From: Raja brachyura
Lineage: Eukaryota
Reading direction: 5' to 3'
Length of the DNA: 64,000 nucleotides
Assembly (NCBI GenBank): GCA_963514005.1
Contig: OY740795.1
Coordinates: 4,836,001 to 4,900,000 of the forward strand
Positions within the stretch are counted from its first letter, which is position 1. Every line of letters begins with the position of its first letter. Shown piece after piece: positions 1 through 12,537 of this stretch. The translations under genes were made by a program, and so were the position numbers. The notes beneath the pieces are model-generated. The model searched no databases. It was not told the origin of the DNA and saw only the letters and a program-made list of their open reading frames with translations.

Positions 1-547
1 GCGTACAGTTTTGGTCTCCAAATCTGAAGAAGGACATTATTGCCATAGAGGGAGTGCAGAGAAGGTTCACCAGACTGATTCCTGGGATGTCAGGACTGTC
101 TTATGAAGAAAGCCTGGATAGACTCGGTTTATACTCTCTAGAATTTAGGAGATTGAGAGGGGAACTTATAGAAACACAACATTCTTAAGGGGTTGAACAG
201 GCTAGTTGCAGGAAGATTGTTCCCGATTTTGGGGAAGTCCAGGACAAGGGGTCACAGCTTAAGGATAAGGGGGAAATCCTTTAAGACCGAGATGAGAAAT
301 ACTTTTTTCACACAGAGAGTGGTGAGTTTCTGGAACTCTCTGCCACAGAGAGTAGTTGAGGCTAGTTCATTGGCTATATTTAAGAGGGAGTTACATGTGG
401 CCCTTGCGGCTAAGGGGATCAGAGGGTATGGAGAGAAGGCAGGTACGGGATACTGAGTTGGATGATCAGCCATGATCATATTGGATGGCGGTGCAGGCTC
501 GAAGGGCCGAATGGCCTACTCCTGCACCTAATTGCTGTGTTTCTATG
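1..547 (+). mobile_element. CR1-clade LINE 3' end (HER1-like)
   Basis: ORF2 C-terminus (FFTQRVVSFWNSLP...GYGEKAGTGY*) plus conserved 3' UTR. Confidence 0.9.
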
Positions 548-1340
548 TGTGGGGTGGTTTGGGTGGGAATGGACTAATTGAACAAGGAGTTCTGGAGGGA
601 GTGGAAAGCCGAAAGGGGAGGAGATGGGAAGATGTGGCCAGTGATGTGATCCCGTTGGAGGTGGCGAAAATGTTGGAGGATTATTTGTTGTATGTGGCAG
701 TTGGAAGGGTGGAAGTTGAGGACAAGAGGGACTCAGTCCTTGTAATGAGCGGAGGGATGGGGAGTGAGAGCGGAGCTACGGGATATAGAGACGACCCTGG
801 TGAGAGCTTCATCCATAGTCGAAGAGGGGAACCCCCTTTCCCTAAAGAATGAGGACATCTCCGATGCCCTGGTTTGGAACATCTGATCCTGGGTGCAGAT
901 GCAGTGTAGATAGAGGAATTGGGAATAGGGAATATAGTCCTTACGGGAAACAGGGTGGGAAGAAGTGTAGTCCAGATAGTCATGGAAGTCAGTTGGTTTG
1001 TAGTAGACATCGGTCAGTAGTCTGTTACCTGCGATGGAGATAGTGAGGTCTAGAAACAGTAGGGAGATGTCGGAATTGGTCCAGGTGAATTTGTGTGCAA
1101 GATGGAAGTTAGCGGTGAAATGTATGACGTCAGTGAGATCCGCAAGGGGTACAGGAGGTGGCACCCATGCGGTCATCAATGTAGTGGAGGTAGAGTTCGG
1201 AGATAGGACCACGGTGCCCCTCGAACAAGGATTGTTCGACGTACCCTACAAACATGCAGGCATAGCTGGGGCCCATGCGCGTGCCCATACCTACCCCTTG
1301 GATTTGGTGGAAATGGGAGGAGTCAAAGGAAAAGTTGAAA
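548..1340 (-). mobile_element. Penelope-like retroelement RT fragment
   Basis: FLDLTISI...YYKPTD...YLDYTSSHP...IPYSQF motif; frameshifted. Confidence 0.8.
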
Positions 1341-1499
1341 AGTTGAAAAGATTGTGGTGCTTGCCTCGTGATTTTAAGTTCATACCATCAAGAATATTAA
1401 GTGGGGCGTTGGAAACGACTGCTTGTCGCCCATTAAGTTAAATAAACGTTGAATCAAACGGAAATTCCAATAAACACTTCACTCTCTATTTCTCGTTGC

Positions 1500-2365
1500 T
1501 AGCATCGACAGATGGGCGTGTCGCGTCGTTGGGGTGGGCCATAAAGTCGACCCTGCTGAGTCTTGTGCGCGATCTCCCGCGAGGTAACAGAGTGAAAACG
1601 TGGCCATGAACTGAGCGGAATAATTTCAAATTGAGCGTCACCTATCGCAAAGTATTGAATGGCGATTGATCGTTCATGACTGCGTACACTCCAACGCAGC
1701 AGTTAGACGGGAAGCGGTCGCGGCTGCACGCCTTTCTCTATGGAAATATATTCGTTCAATTACGAAAGGCAGCAAGGAAGCGAATGCGAATGCAAAGAAC
1801 ATTATGCCAAGCACTTTACGGTGGAACACTGAAGGGACATGGAACGATTATGAAACAGTGTTCCGGCCCGATGCGTTGCCCGTCCATTCCCTCCACAAAT
1901 ACGGCCCAAGTCGCTGAATTACTCTAGGGATGGTTTCTCTGAGTAACATACTTTGTATTAAACGTTCGGGGAAGGTTGGAAACGCCTGTGATGCATTTTG
2001 CCTTGTCATTTGACTGAAATTATGAAGAGCGTTAATGGGCATTGAAGTAAAATAAATCTTGTGTCTCTGCTTTAGCGGGATTCGCAGCGCCTTTTCGGGA
2101 AACAGGTAAACACATCTTAATTTACATAGGAGTGGAGTCAGAGTCGGGACGGTACTGTGTGCATGTGTGTGGGAAGTTTTAACATTTCTCGAGATCACTG
2201 GCCGATCATTTCGTGATTCCCGAGGATTTAATGAAGTCAGAATGAAAGTTGCGATCAAAGTACGAGAGGGGCAGTAGAGGGTGGATGCAAAATCGCACTA
2301 CAAAGTTGGAAGAAATAAGCACCTACAGTACATTTTAGCTCAGTTTATTTCCACTGCCTGCGGAA
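1500..2365. promoter_or_regulatory. CpG-enriched, promoter-like non-repeat segment
   Basis: Visibly high CpG density relative to the window. GC/GT boxes (GGGCGTG, GGGGTGGG), CATAAAG near 1540 and a donor-like GAG|GTAACA at about 1583. Confidence 0.35.
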
Positions 2366-2523
2366 NNNNNNNNNNNNNNNNNNNNNNNNNNNNNNNNNNN
2401 NNNNNNNNNNNNNNNNNNNNNNNNNNNNNNNNNNNNNNNNNNNNNNNNNNNNNNNNNNNNNNNNNNNNNNNNNNNNNNNNNNNNNNNNNNNNNNNNNNNN
2501 NNNNNNNNNNNNNNNNNNNNNNN
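2366..2523. other. Assembly gap (further gaps at 47915-48098 and 60600-60758)
   Basis: Runs of N. Confidence 1.
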
Positions 2524-3545
2524 CTCAAGGCTGAAAATACTTAATAAAAATATAGCAGCAACTAAAAACAACATCGGCAGTTCGGGCTGCATCCGAAATC
2601 GGCGAACAATTGTTGCTGGTTGTCGGGGTTCTGTTTCATTCACGACGATGTAATCCCTGGGGGATTATTGGGCAGAATCGGGGGAATGATATCGGGATTT
2701 GAAACTGTACAATACGAGGAAATTGTAGTAAGATACTGCAGATGCTGATTTACACCGAAGATAGACAGAACATGCTGGCCCTTTCTGTCCTGGGCCGCCT
2801 CCACTGTCAGAGTGAGGCTAAACACGAATTGGAGGAACAGCACTTCATATTCCGCTTGGGCATGAATATGAATATTGATTTATCGAACTTGAAGTAACCC
2901 TTGTTTCCCCATGTCTCTCCGTCTCTTCCCCATCCTAGTCCTCCTACTAGTTTGACCGTCCTCCTGATTATCTTTACTCGATAAGTATGGCTCGTTCCCC
3001 TCGGCCAACAATGAACCGTTGTACATTTCATTGATCATCGTCTGCCTTGATCAGTCCTTTTCGCACCTTATTTGTTCTTTGTCCCCTTCCATACTTATAC
3101 TTTCCCTCTACCCTGACTCTCAGTCTGAAGAAGTGTTTCGTTCCGAAACATCTAACGACAAGGCTCCAGAGATGCTGCCTGTAACGCTGAATTACTTCAG
3201 CATGTTGTGTCTATCTGCAATTAGGGTGTTGCCATAGAATCATAGAGTACGGAAACGGGCCCTCGATCATACAAACCCATGGCGCCCAAGATACGCCATC
3301 TGCACTAGTCTCCTTTGACGACGTTTAGCCCGTATCCCTCTGAACGTCTCCTATCTATGTATCTGTCCAAATGCCTGTTAAATGTTATTATCGTACCTGC
3401 CTCGAATACCTCCCTTGGCAGCTCGTTCCATATACGCATCATCATCTGCCCTTTCTGAGGTTTGGCAGAATGTGTACTAATTACACAGAGCATTTTAAAG
3501 ATACATTTATTGATGTGGATGAAATAACGTTTATACAGAAATTGT

Positions 3546-3657
3546 GATAAATGAACGCTGTTTTGCAATACCGGCGCATGAGCACAGGGTGGCGGTAACA
3601 GGATGAATAAACGGTGTATTGCAATACCGGCGCACGAGCATTAGGTGGCGGTAACAT
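3546..3657 (+). promoter_or_regulatory. 56-bp tandem duplication, each unit holding an extended CTCF-like site (upstream motif plus core)
   Basis: TGCAATACC-6bp-TGAGCACAGGGTGGCGGTA (3564-3597) and TGCAATACC-6bp-CGAGCATTAGGTGGCGGTA (3620-3653). Confidence 0.6.
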
Positions 3658-4589
3658 GACTTCACAAAAGGTCTCGATGCGAAACGTCACACATTCATTC
3701 TCTTCAGAGATGCTGCCTATCCCTCTGAGTTACTCCAGCATTTTGTGTCTATCTTCACAAACTGAAATTTGTTTCCACCAGGTACTGGCGGTTTTTGAAA
3801 TTAATTAATGTTGCAACTCTTCTGAAGGGCAAGCAACTAAATCAGATAATATTCTTTCTAACCGGTTGAATATAATTGTATTGTTGTTAAGGCCAAAGCT
3901 CTACTGTATCACAATAGAGTCATGCAGTTCGGAAACATGTCCATCCCAAATTGCCCGTGTCGCAAGACGCCCCACCTAAGGCAGTCCCATTTGCCTGCAT
4001 TGGGCACATATCCTGCTACCCCCTTCCATTGCATCCATTAATCTATCTAAGTGTCTTTTAACTGCTGTTTTAGAACTTGCCTCAACTACCTCCCCTGGCA
4101 GCTCCTCCCCGCCACCATTGAGTGCCCGGTCGTTGGGAAAGGACTCTGTCCATTCACCCTATATATTTTCATCATTATATTAGAGACATGTATTTGATCG
4201 CCCCTCGGACTCCTACGCCAACGGAATAAAGACCTACCCTGTCTACCCTGTTCATCTGCACTCTTCGCAGTTTAATGACATCCTTCCGATAGTAGGGGGG
4301 ACATAGTACTCCAAAGAAGTTTCGCCATCATCTTGTACAACTGTAACATAACGTCCCGCCCTTTATACAAAATTGCGATGAAGGCCAATGTATCAAAAGC
4401 TTTCTTTATTATGCTGTCTGCATGTGACATAGATTTCAGGGAATTGCTTAGTTGTACACCTAGATCCATCTGTTCTATGACTGGAGCATGTGCACTAGAT
4501 AGAAGATGTGGTGCAAACATGCCTCTTGAACTGAACGACTGAAACAGGGAAGTTTTTTTGTTAACCATAGTCCAATATTGTTCTTCGTG

Positions 4590-4979
4590 CTTGAAGGATG
4601 AGAGGGGATCTTATTGGAACATATAATATTATTAAGGGATTGGACACGCTAGAGGCAGGAAATGTGTTCCCGATGTTGGGGGAGTCCAGAACCAGGGACC
4701 ACCGTTTAAGAATAACGGGTAGGCCATTTAGAACGCAGATGAGGAAAACCTTTCTCACCCAGAGAGTTGCGAGTCTGTGGAATTATCTGCCTCAGAAGGA
4801 AGTGGAGGCCAATTCTCTGGATGCTTTCAAGAGAGCGTTAGATAGCGGAGTCAAGGGACATGGGGAGAAGGCAGGAACAAAGTACTGATTGTGGATGATC
4901 AGCCATGATCACAGTGAATGGCGGTGCTGGCTCAAAGGGTCGAATGGCCTACTCCTGCGCCTATTGTCTATTGTCTATT
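4590..4979 (+). mobile_element. CR1 LINE 3' end
   Basis: MRGDLI...GLDTLEAGNVFPMLGESRTR plus 3' UTR with (CTATTGT)n tail. Confidence 0.9.
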
Positions 4980-7900
4980 TACATTCTAGCAAAGTTTACT
5001 TTAAAACAACATCCGGTCGTATTTAGATGATAAATTTAAATTCTTCTGTTGTTAGCGTAAGATTCTCAGTCTTAGACTGGAAACGAAACTTTCCATAAAT
5101 TAGTTCTGTCCATACTATTGTCAATTAGCTTTCTTTCGTATCTCCTCAAATCAGTCCTTATACACTGTTCTCCACATTCTTTTTGTACCTCGCTATAATT
5201 AATCTCTCAAAATCGCTTTCCTCCATCTCCCAATGTCACCGACTTTAAAACCAACGAAGGTACCATGTTGTTCTTATGCAATGTCTACGAGAGGGTCATT
5301 CTTGACACACCCCCTACTGGAGAAAAAATCTTCAAACTTACCCAATCACATTCCTACGCTCACGCTCACTTCACCTACTCGTTTCCCATCGGTTTTTTTG
5401 GGTCTTCTTCCATGACTAATCACTGTTAATCTCACCCAATTACATGACCTCCTGCTCGCTCAATCCCGGTGCTACCAAACTGCTGAGCAGCAACAATATT
5501 TCACCTTGGCAGATAAGGCTGATAAATCGAAAAATTGGGTTTCCAGTTAAAACGTGGATTACCGTGCAACATTCTGTAAACATCAATAACAGGGCAATGG
5601 GGCTCAGGGTAGATGTCTGAATGTGGAGAGACAGTGACGTAAAGGAGAAGATATTATAAAATAAGCCAATATCATCACTTTGCCGTGGGTGCATTGCTGA
5701 TCACGTACAGTCGAAAAGAGATAGAATAAATAACATGGAGGCAAATTGCAGCGAAATGACAGAAAGGTGGACTTATACCGGAGAGCGAGGATGTTACAAT
5801 TTTTCCAGTATTACGTAGGATTGGGTTAATGGGAAGGGCTCAGTGGGGTGAAGTGTTTGAGGGTTGCTGAGCAGAGTTATTTGGTACAGTTTGCAGCCAG
5901 ACCAACGAGAGAAATAACATTTTTGGACATTAACATAGGGCATATAGCTGGTTACGTAGAGGGCGTGGCAATGGGGAAGCATTTTGGAGATAGTGACAAT
6001 AAATCTGTACATTTCAGAATGATTTTTGAAAAATGTTAGGGAGGAACCAGGAACAAAGCTCTCAAATTGGGGAAAGACCACATTAATTGGAATAGGACAT
6101 GATCTGGTATAGTTCAAGTTCAAGTTCAAGTGAGTTTATTGTCATGTGTCCCTGATAGGACAGTGACATTTTTGCTTTGCTTCAGCACAACAGAACATAG
6201 TAGGCATTGACTACAAAACGGGTCTGAAGAAGGGTTTCGGCCCGAAACGTTGCCTGTTTCCTTCGCTACATAGATGCTGCTGCACCCGCTGAGTTTCTCC
6301 AGCACCTTTGTCTACCTTCGATTTTCCAGCATCTGCAGTTCCTTGTTAAACACCTGATCTGGTAAACGTTGGCTGGGGAAATCTAGATTAATGGAGTCTT
6401 ACAGCACGGAAACAGACACTTCAGCCTAATTCTTTGGTACCGACCAAGATGCCCTAGGCTATTTGCCCGTACTTAGCCCACACGTCTCTGAAAATATCCT
6501 ATCCTGCATAAGTATTTTTAAAATGTTGCTATTGTATATGGCACAACTACTTCATGTGGCAGCTCGTTCCACATATTGTATCCACTACTCTGCGTTTGAA
6601 TAAGTAGCCTGCTGAGATTCCTCCCCACACTCATCCCTTTCTACACATGCCCCTCCCTCTGGATTTATATTTCACTCCATTTCACTCGTCTTCTCTCCTT
6701 TCTGTAACATTTTTGGCCTTTGTCTCCCTTTTATCCCCTTTTTATCTCCAGCATTTGCTCACCCAAAATATCAATCACACTCCCCCGCCAGTTGCCAGGC
6801 TTTGTGCCGACTGCACCTCTTTTCCAGCTTTCCTGAAGTACAGTCATCTGAAGAAGGCTCCTGACCCGACACGTCGCCTGTCCACGTTCACCTGACCCGC
6901 TGAATGACTCCAGACATTGTGTTCTACGAGGCCGAGGAGTAATATGTTTTAACAGAGCATGGTAGGTATGTAGCAGGAGCTACCAGTTGAAGGAGGGGAG
7001 TTGGGAGCAATTACACATTTTAAAATACATTTGAACAAATGTACGTGTAGGATGGGTTTTGAGAGATAAGGACCAAATTACACTTACACAACAGCTAAGC
7101 ATTTTGGCTAATGTGAATGAGATGGCCGGAAGGGCATGTTTTAGATGATGTATAATTTTATGGCGGTTTTTACACTACATCCACATTCAAATCGGCCACG
7201 CAGATTAAGAACATAAAGCGTCCTATCGCAGATTCGTATCTAAGACCATTAATCATCGCCATCCAACCACGTTGCCACATCCCCACTTTATCACTATAAT
7301 TTGGCCACCAAATCTCCAGGCATCATTTGGCCTCGTCCTGAAAATTCGCCCTTTCGTTGGCTCCTATTTGAACACTTCTCCAATTCTCGCCAATTATGAA
7401 ATGCTTGTCCCCATTCTTAGCTTTCCCCACCATCTTACCAGACTCTGTCTGTAACATACTGCAAGCGTTTAGGTTTCTGGGTTGCAGAATATTTCGCACA
7501 TTAAACTCTGCTACCTCATGTTATGACCAAAGATGTGAATCATGTGTGCATATGCACCGTTACATTCTATCCAGTTCCTTTGCTCATTTCAAGATTTACG
7601 GGCAGAAATTTTATGACTGTGATCTTGGCGTGCACACTTTCAGAGCAATCAGAGCAATCATATTCATGGTATATAAAAATGCTGGAGGAGCATCTCTGGA
7701 GCGAAGGAAATAGGCGACGTTTCGGGTCGAGACCCTTCTTCCATTATATTGATGGAATTCCTCAAATACCAAATCATGTAACAAATGAGGAATTCCGAAA
7801 GAAGTTAAACTACGGGCAATCGCAATTAGCAATGTACTTAGTTTAACACCCAGCGGCTGTTCATTAACTCTAACTTCATTAAAGTATAATATTCCTCTAT

Positions 7901-10352
7901 GCACTTGAATTGATTTAAAGTAGCCGTTAGGAAAGTTACAAATAGCATTTATTCGATAGTAATGGATAAATAATTGAATCAGAACGATTAATGTTCTTGC
8001 TGAGGCCGGACAGTTAAAATATTTTCAAATAATTATCATGACAATTAATTTAATCGGTTTAATATTCGGAGTTATTTCAATAACACACCCAATCTTCCAG
8101 AAAATATCTGCATTGAACGTCAGTAGCATTTTTAAAGGACGCAGAATTATACCTGTTTGTCTGAATTGAATCCCTACCTTCTTTCCCTTTCGCAACATGC
8201 AGCTTTGATTTTTGCTAATATGCATTGGAAGAAAGTAAAAGGTATTTTAAACTGTGCTCAGAGGAGAAATACATGACATTTAGATCAGAATTTTCACTTA
8301 AAAAAGCGAATAGGTGATTTTATTGAATTATCTGCTGACATTTTAACAGTAACTACAAGTAATAAAAAAGTACAATTTTAAGCATAGTTGAGTATCTAAT
8401 GTACTGTTGAGAACATTTGTTTTCTCGCGAGAAAATCTTTAGACACTAATCCTCTTGACTTTCAGGCCTCCAGAGTATTACCACAAATTCTGTCGCACGG
8501 CAAAACCTATGATGGTTTGTGGAAATAAGATGATGCCAATGAACTAAAGTAGAATTATTAAATCACAACGTCCTGACATACCTCGACGGATCAGGCAGCA
8601 TCTGTGGAAGGAGTGCATAGGTGATTGTATCAGACGGAGTCTCAAGAAGGGTCCCGACCCGACACGTCGCCAATCCATACTCTCCACAAATGCTACCCGT
8701 CCCGCTGAGTTACATGAGGACTTGGTGTGTTTTGCTCAAGATTCTAAGACCTGCAGTTCCTTGCAACTCGAATGTTAAATTAGTCATGGTCTTAATTTAA
8801 CATCCAGTGCCAGCTATTGTCCCTGGTGGCTTTATGTCGCAGTAAACTAACCTCACAGGTTCATCCTATATGCAATGTTAGTATGGCTGATATCAAATTC
8901 CAGACTGCATATGTGAAGCTGGTACAGAGCAAAATCCATCTTATAAATAGAGGAACTTATGCCGCGCAGGTTATCGTGCAGGTTCTCATCGATAACCGCA
9001 TGGATGTGAGGCTAACTCTGACATCGAATGTGAATTTTGCTTCCATTAATGTGGGGAGGCATTTTGTGCTGATTCGTCCAACATCTGCAGATTCTGAATT
9101 TTTGATGTGGTCACAATTCAGCAGGAAATGCGGGCATTCCGGAATCAAAGTGGATTATCGGTGTAAATAGGGAGCAGGGAAAGGCATAACTTTACAGCTA
9201 GATTAGAGGCGATGGGATTTGACCTAAGACAATGCACTAATGTAGCATTAGCGAAACACGCCGCCCTGGAGCAACCCAGCGTCAGGCAGCATCCATGGAT
9301 GGAATGCACAGTTGACTGCATCACCCTGAGTCTAAAGAAGGGTCCCGACCCGAAACGTTGCTATCCATGTCCTCCACTGATGCTACCCGACCCGATAAGT
9401 TACTTCAGGACTTGGTGTTTTGCTCAAGAATTTCGTGTTAAATAATGTACTCTTTCTCCACAGTGAATGCCGCGATCACTTCACATCCTCCGATTCCTGT
9501 GAGCGAAGGTCTTCAGAGAACATTGAAGTCTTTGACGCGACTTCTGTGCCGCCAAACATGGTAGGAATTTTCACAATGCCTTTCTCAGAGACACCGTCAT
9601 CACGTACATAACAAAAAAGCTACACGGAGAACACATAATGCATTGCAAGACCTGTATACTTTGTCCGTGAATTCCTATTGAATATCCGGTAAACTCGGCT
9701 TTCCATCACTGAACGCCAAGAAGACACTTTGCCATAATCAGTTTCTGCCCCACAAAAGCGCGTATATCTCGTCTATTTGTTCTACGTTTTTTTTCCAGCA
9801 TGTAACCGCCATTATAATTACATTGAGGACCAATTGATTCGAAAAAATGTCACACTCTTACTAATCCAGCGAAGCATTTAGTACTTACGTAAACAAAATA
9901 AAAGACAATTTCATCATTGGAGCATAGAAATTTCACATGAGATGTGTTACCGAAAGTCGTTTATAGAGCTTACATTATTTTGCAACAGCTTATGTAGTAG
10001 CGCGAAAAATGTTTTGCGAAATTTCAGTCACTTGTCTCAGTCACGGAACGGGGTAATACAGACTCTCGTGGCATATTGTAAGAAAGCAGAGAGCGAAGTA
10101 ACAATCAATGTATTTCTTGCTAGAATTTATGGAAATCTATCCAACATCGGCGATTAACAAAGAAGAAATAGGAATGAAACCGATGGGAGAAGGGAACCAA
10201 AGTTGGTCTCGTTTCTCGGATGTTATTGCAACGGAGTTGAAATTGTCCGGTAGATAACGGTGCGGGAGCGAACCACGATGTGTCTGTGGTCACCATCTGA
10301 CTTGTGGCGCCACTCATGCATAAACAAGAGATGCCTTTGGGTTCCGCGTCAA

Positions 10353-10361
10353 TTAATTCAC
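10353..10361 (-). CDS. IgNAR: IgNAR TM2 exon coding part (V-N-stop)
   Basis: Strong acceptor gttctgtcgtttcag|GTG AAT TAA, giving tail KVN, analogous to the IgH KVK M2 exon. Confidence 0.75.
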   Translation of the reverse strand: MN

Positions 10362-10462
10362 CTGAAACGACAGAACACTGAATGTCAGGTTCCTAATTAA
10401 CTCTGTTTCCACACACCCCTTGGAGAGAGAGTTCTAGGTCATACAATTCTCTGCATAAAATA

Positions 10463-10757
10463 CGGCACGGTGACGCAGCGGCGGAGTTGCTGCCTTCGTG
10501 CTGCTTGTACGGAGTTTGTACGTTCTCCCCGTGACCTGTGTGGGTTTTCTCCGAGATCTTCGGTTTCCTCCCACACTCTAAAGACGTACAGTAAAGACGT
10601 AGGTTATTGACTCGGTAAATGTAAAAAAGATTACATTTTTGTGTAGGATAATGTTAATGTGTGGGGATCGCTGGACGGCGCGGACCCGCTGGGCCTAAGG
10701 GCATGTTTCCACGCTCTATCTCTAAACTAAACTAAACTAAACTAAACTAAACTAAAC
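10463..10757 (+). mobile_element. tRNA-derived SINE (HE1-like) with (AAACT)n tail
   Basis: GGCACGGTGACGCAGCGG head. Related copies at about 16700-16930(-), 24980-25300, 32185-32480, 40230-40520(-) and 48660-48835(-). Confidence 0.7.
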
Positions 10758-11660
10758 TCTCACGCCCGACTGTGAATGGTGGAAACGCCCTGTATTTGCT
10801 CTGCCTAAACCAAACTTGATTTCCCACACCCCAATCAATCTCCTCTTCATCTTTGTGGCTCTAAGAAAAAGACACACTTCTTCATTTTAACATTGCAGTC
10901 GAAATTAATACATGGAAGAATTCAAGCAGCCCCGACTGAGCAGTCCCTAACTTTCCCATCCCTCCCAAAATTTGGAACCATAATTAATTTTACTGGTATC
11001 AGTCGTCCATCTATAATATTGACTCTGACTTCCAAACCATTTTTTTGAGTAGAGGACCTATCCAGTGCAAAATGCCAGGCAAATCCACCTTCTTTAAATT
11101 TCACTAATTTATTTTCTCAAAATATCACCTTCCTTATTTGTCAGATTCCAGCTCTTGTTACCTTTGTGTCCCAGCTTAAGAGCTTCCAGCCTGTCTCCTC
11201 ATTCACCCTCCCCTCATTCCACCTGGATCCATGTGCCCATATTTTCTCTCATTTCCCCTTGTTCTACTTGCACCCTATTACCCATATGCTTCTCGCTCAC
11301 AAAATCTGGATTGTTTACTGTGGAGCGTCGGTGGCTGTGGGGAGGCTTGATATAAGTATATAAAATGACAGGAGACATCGATAGGGTGGACAATCAGAAT
11401 AATTTTCTCAGGGTGGAAATGTCAAAGTCTAGAGGGCGTACCTTAACGTACAACTTTTAAAGATTAGCGGGGCAATTTATTTTCCACAGAAATTGATGCA
11501 TGCACGATCATAGCATTTAAGAGGCTAATGGCGAGGCACGTGAATATGCAGGGAATGGAAGGATATCAACCACGCGGAGGAAAGGACATTGTGGGTCGAA
11601 ATGTCTGTTCGTGTGCTGTTCTATTCTACGTACACTACGTTCTATGAAAGTCAATGTTAC

Positions 11661-11815
11661 CTTAATCGTCGTTGTCAATGCGCCGTATATGGTACTGATC
11701 ATAAAGAGGATCACGAAGGCGATAACTGTTCCTGGAGAATTGGCCTCCTCGTCCATGTATTCTAACATGACGTCATCTGCTGCAGAGTCATGGAGATCTT
11801 CTATCTTAGGGAATT
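11661..11815 (-). CDS. IgNAR: IgNAR transmembrane exon TM1 (EFPKIEDLHDSAADDVMLEYMDEEANSPGTVIAFVILFMISTIYGALTTTIK)
   Basis: Phase-1 acceptor tcgattccag|AA; acidic spacer plus Ig-type TM (F-V-I-L-F..S..Y); phase-0 donor AAG|GTAACA. In-phase alternative acceptors near 11779-11782 make the 5' boundary less certain. Confidence 0.85.
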
Positions 11816-12365
11816 CTGGAATCGACAGAGGATCATTATTATTATTTTTTTATTTGCGAAAAGCAGAATAAACTCAAAAGCCGTTGCACCAATGTAACGC
11901 GCCAGTTACGATGGACATTGTGGTTTGGCAATCGAACTGGGAGAAATTCAAAGATGCCCAATATATTGAAGAAATATGATGTTAATTAATGTAATTGACA
12001 GTGCAACGTTGAAACTCGTCGTACGTGCGTAACGCCATATCGGTAACAGAACACGCAGGGCAGACCAAACACAACGAACTACAGATGCTGTGTTGTGTTG
12101 TGCAAACCCCAAAGTGAGTCAGGCAACATCTCCAGAGGGAATGGAGAGGCGAACCTTTGGATCAGAACCGTTCTTCAGACTGAAACGTCACCTGTCTACT
12201 CCCTCAACGGATCCCAGACCCCTCCCAGACCCCTCGAGTATCTTCATCATTTTGTGTTATGCAGACAGAGCATTGTTTTAACCCTTACATAAATCCACAG
12301 TTCACGCCGCACAGATTTAAGATTCCGCCGTGTGATTAAAACAGATTTCTGTTGAGCAGCCGACA

Positions 12366-12537
12366 CAGTGCTGGACTTACTTATAAGCTAAATAAGCTAT
12401 AGCTTAGGGCCACACACCCTCGGGGGGCTCATTTTTTTAAATATATTTTTATTTTATCATTTTTACCCGAATTCTTTTAGAGAAGGGCCTCAAATTTCAT
12501 ACAGCTTAGGGCCTCAGCAGGTGAAAGTCCGGCCCTG
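12366..12537. mobile_element. hAT-type MITE (172 bp)
   Basis: TIRs CAGTGCTGGACTT / AAGTCCGGCCCTG (11/13 match); perfect 8-bp TSD AGCCGACA (12358-12365 / 12538-12545). Confidence 0.85.

Noticed and set aside
3546-3657. CRISPR-like repeat-spacer interpretation of short tandem repeats
   Set aside because: Vertebrate DNA, only two units, and the intervening parts are homologous rather than unique spacers.
8817-9170. 117-aa ORF (also 40734-41093, 12827-13150, 18448-19002)
   Set aside because: No recognisable domain or convincing splice structure; some overlap SINEs.
11090-11110. Alternative TM2 candidate (GTGAAA, Val-Lys)
   Set aside because: Lacks a polypyrimidine acceptor in the correct phase; the site at 10361 is much better.
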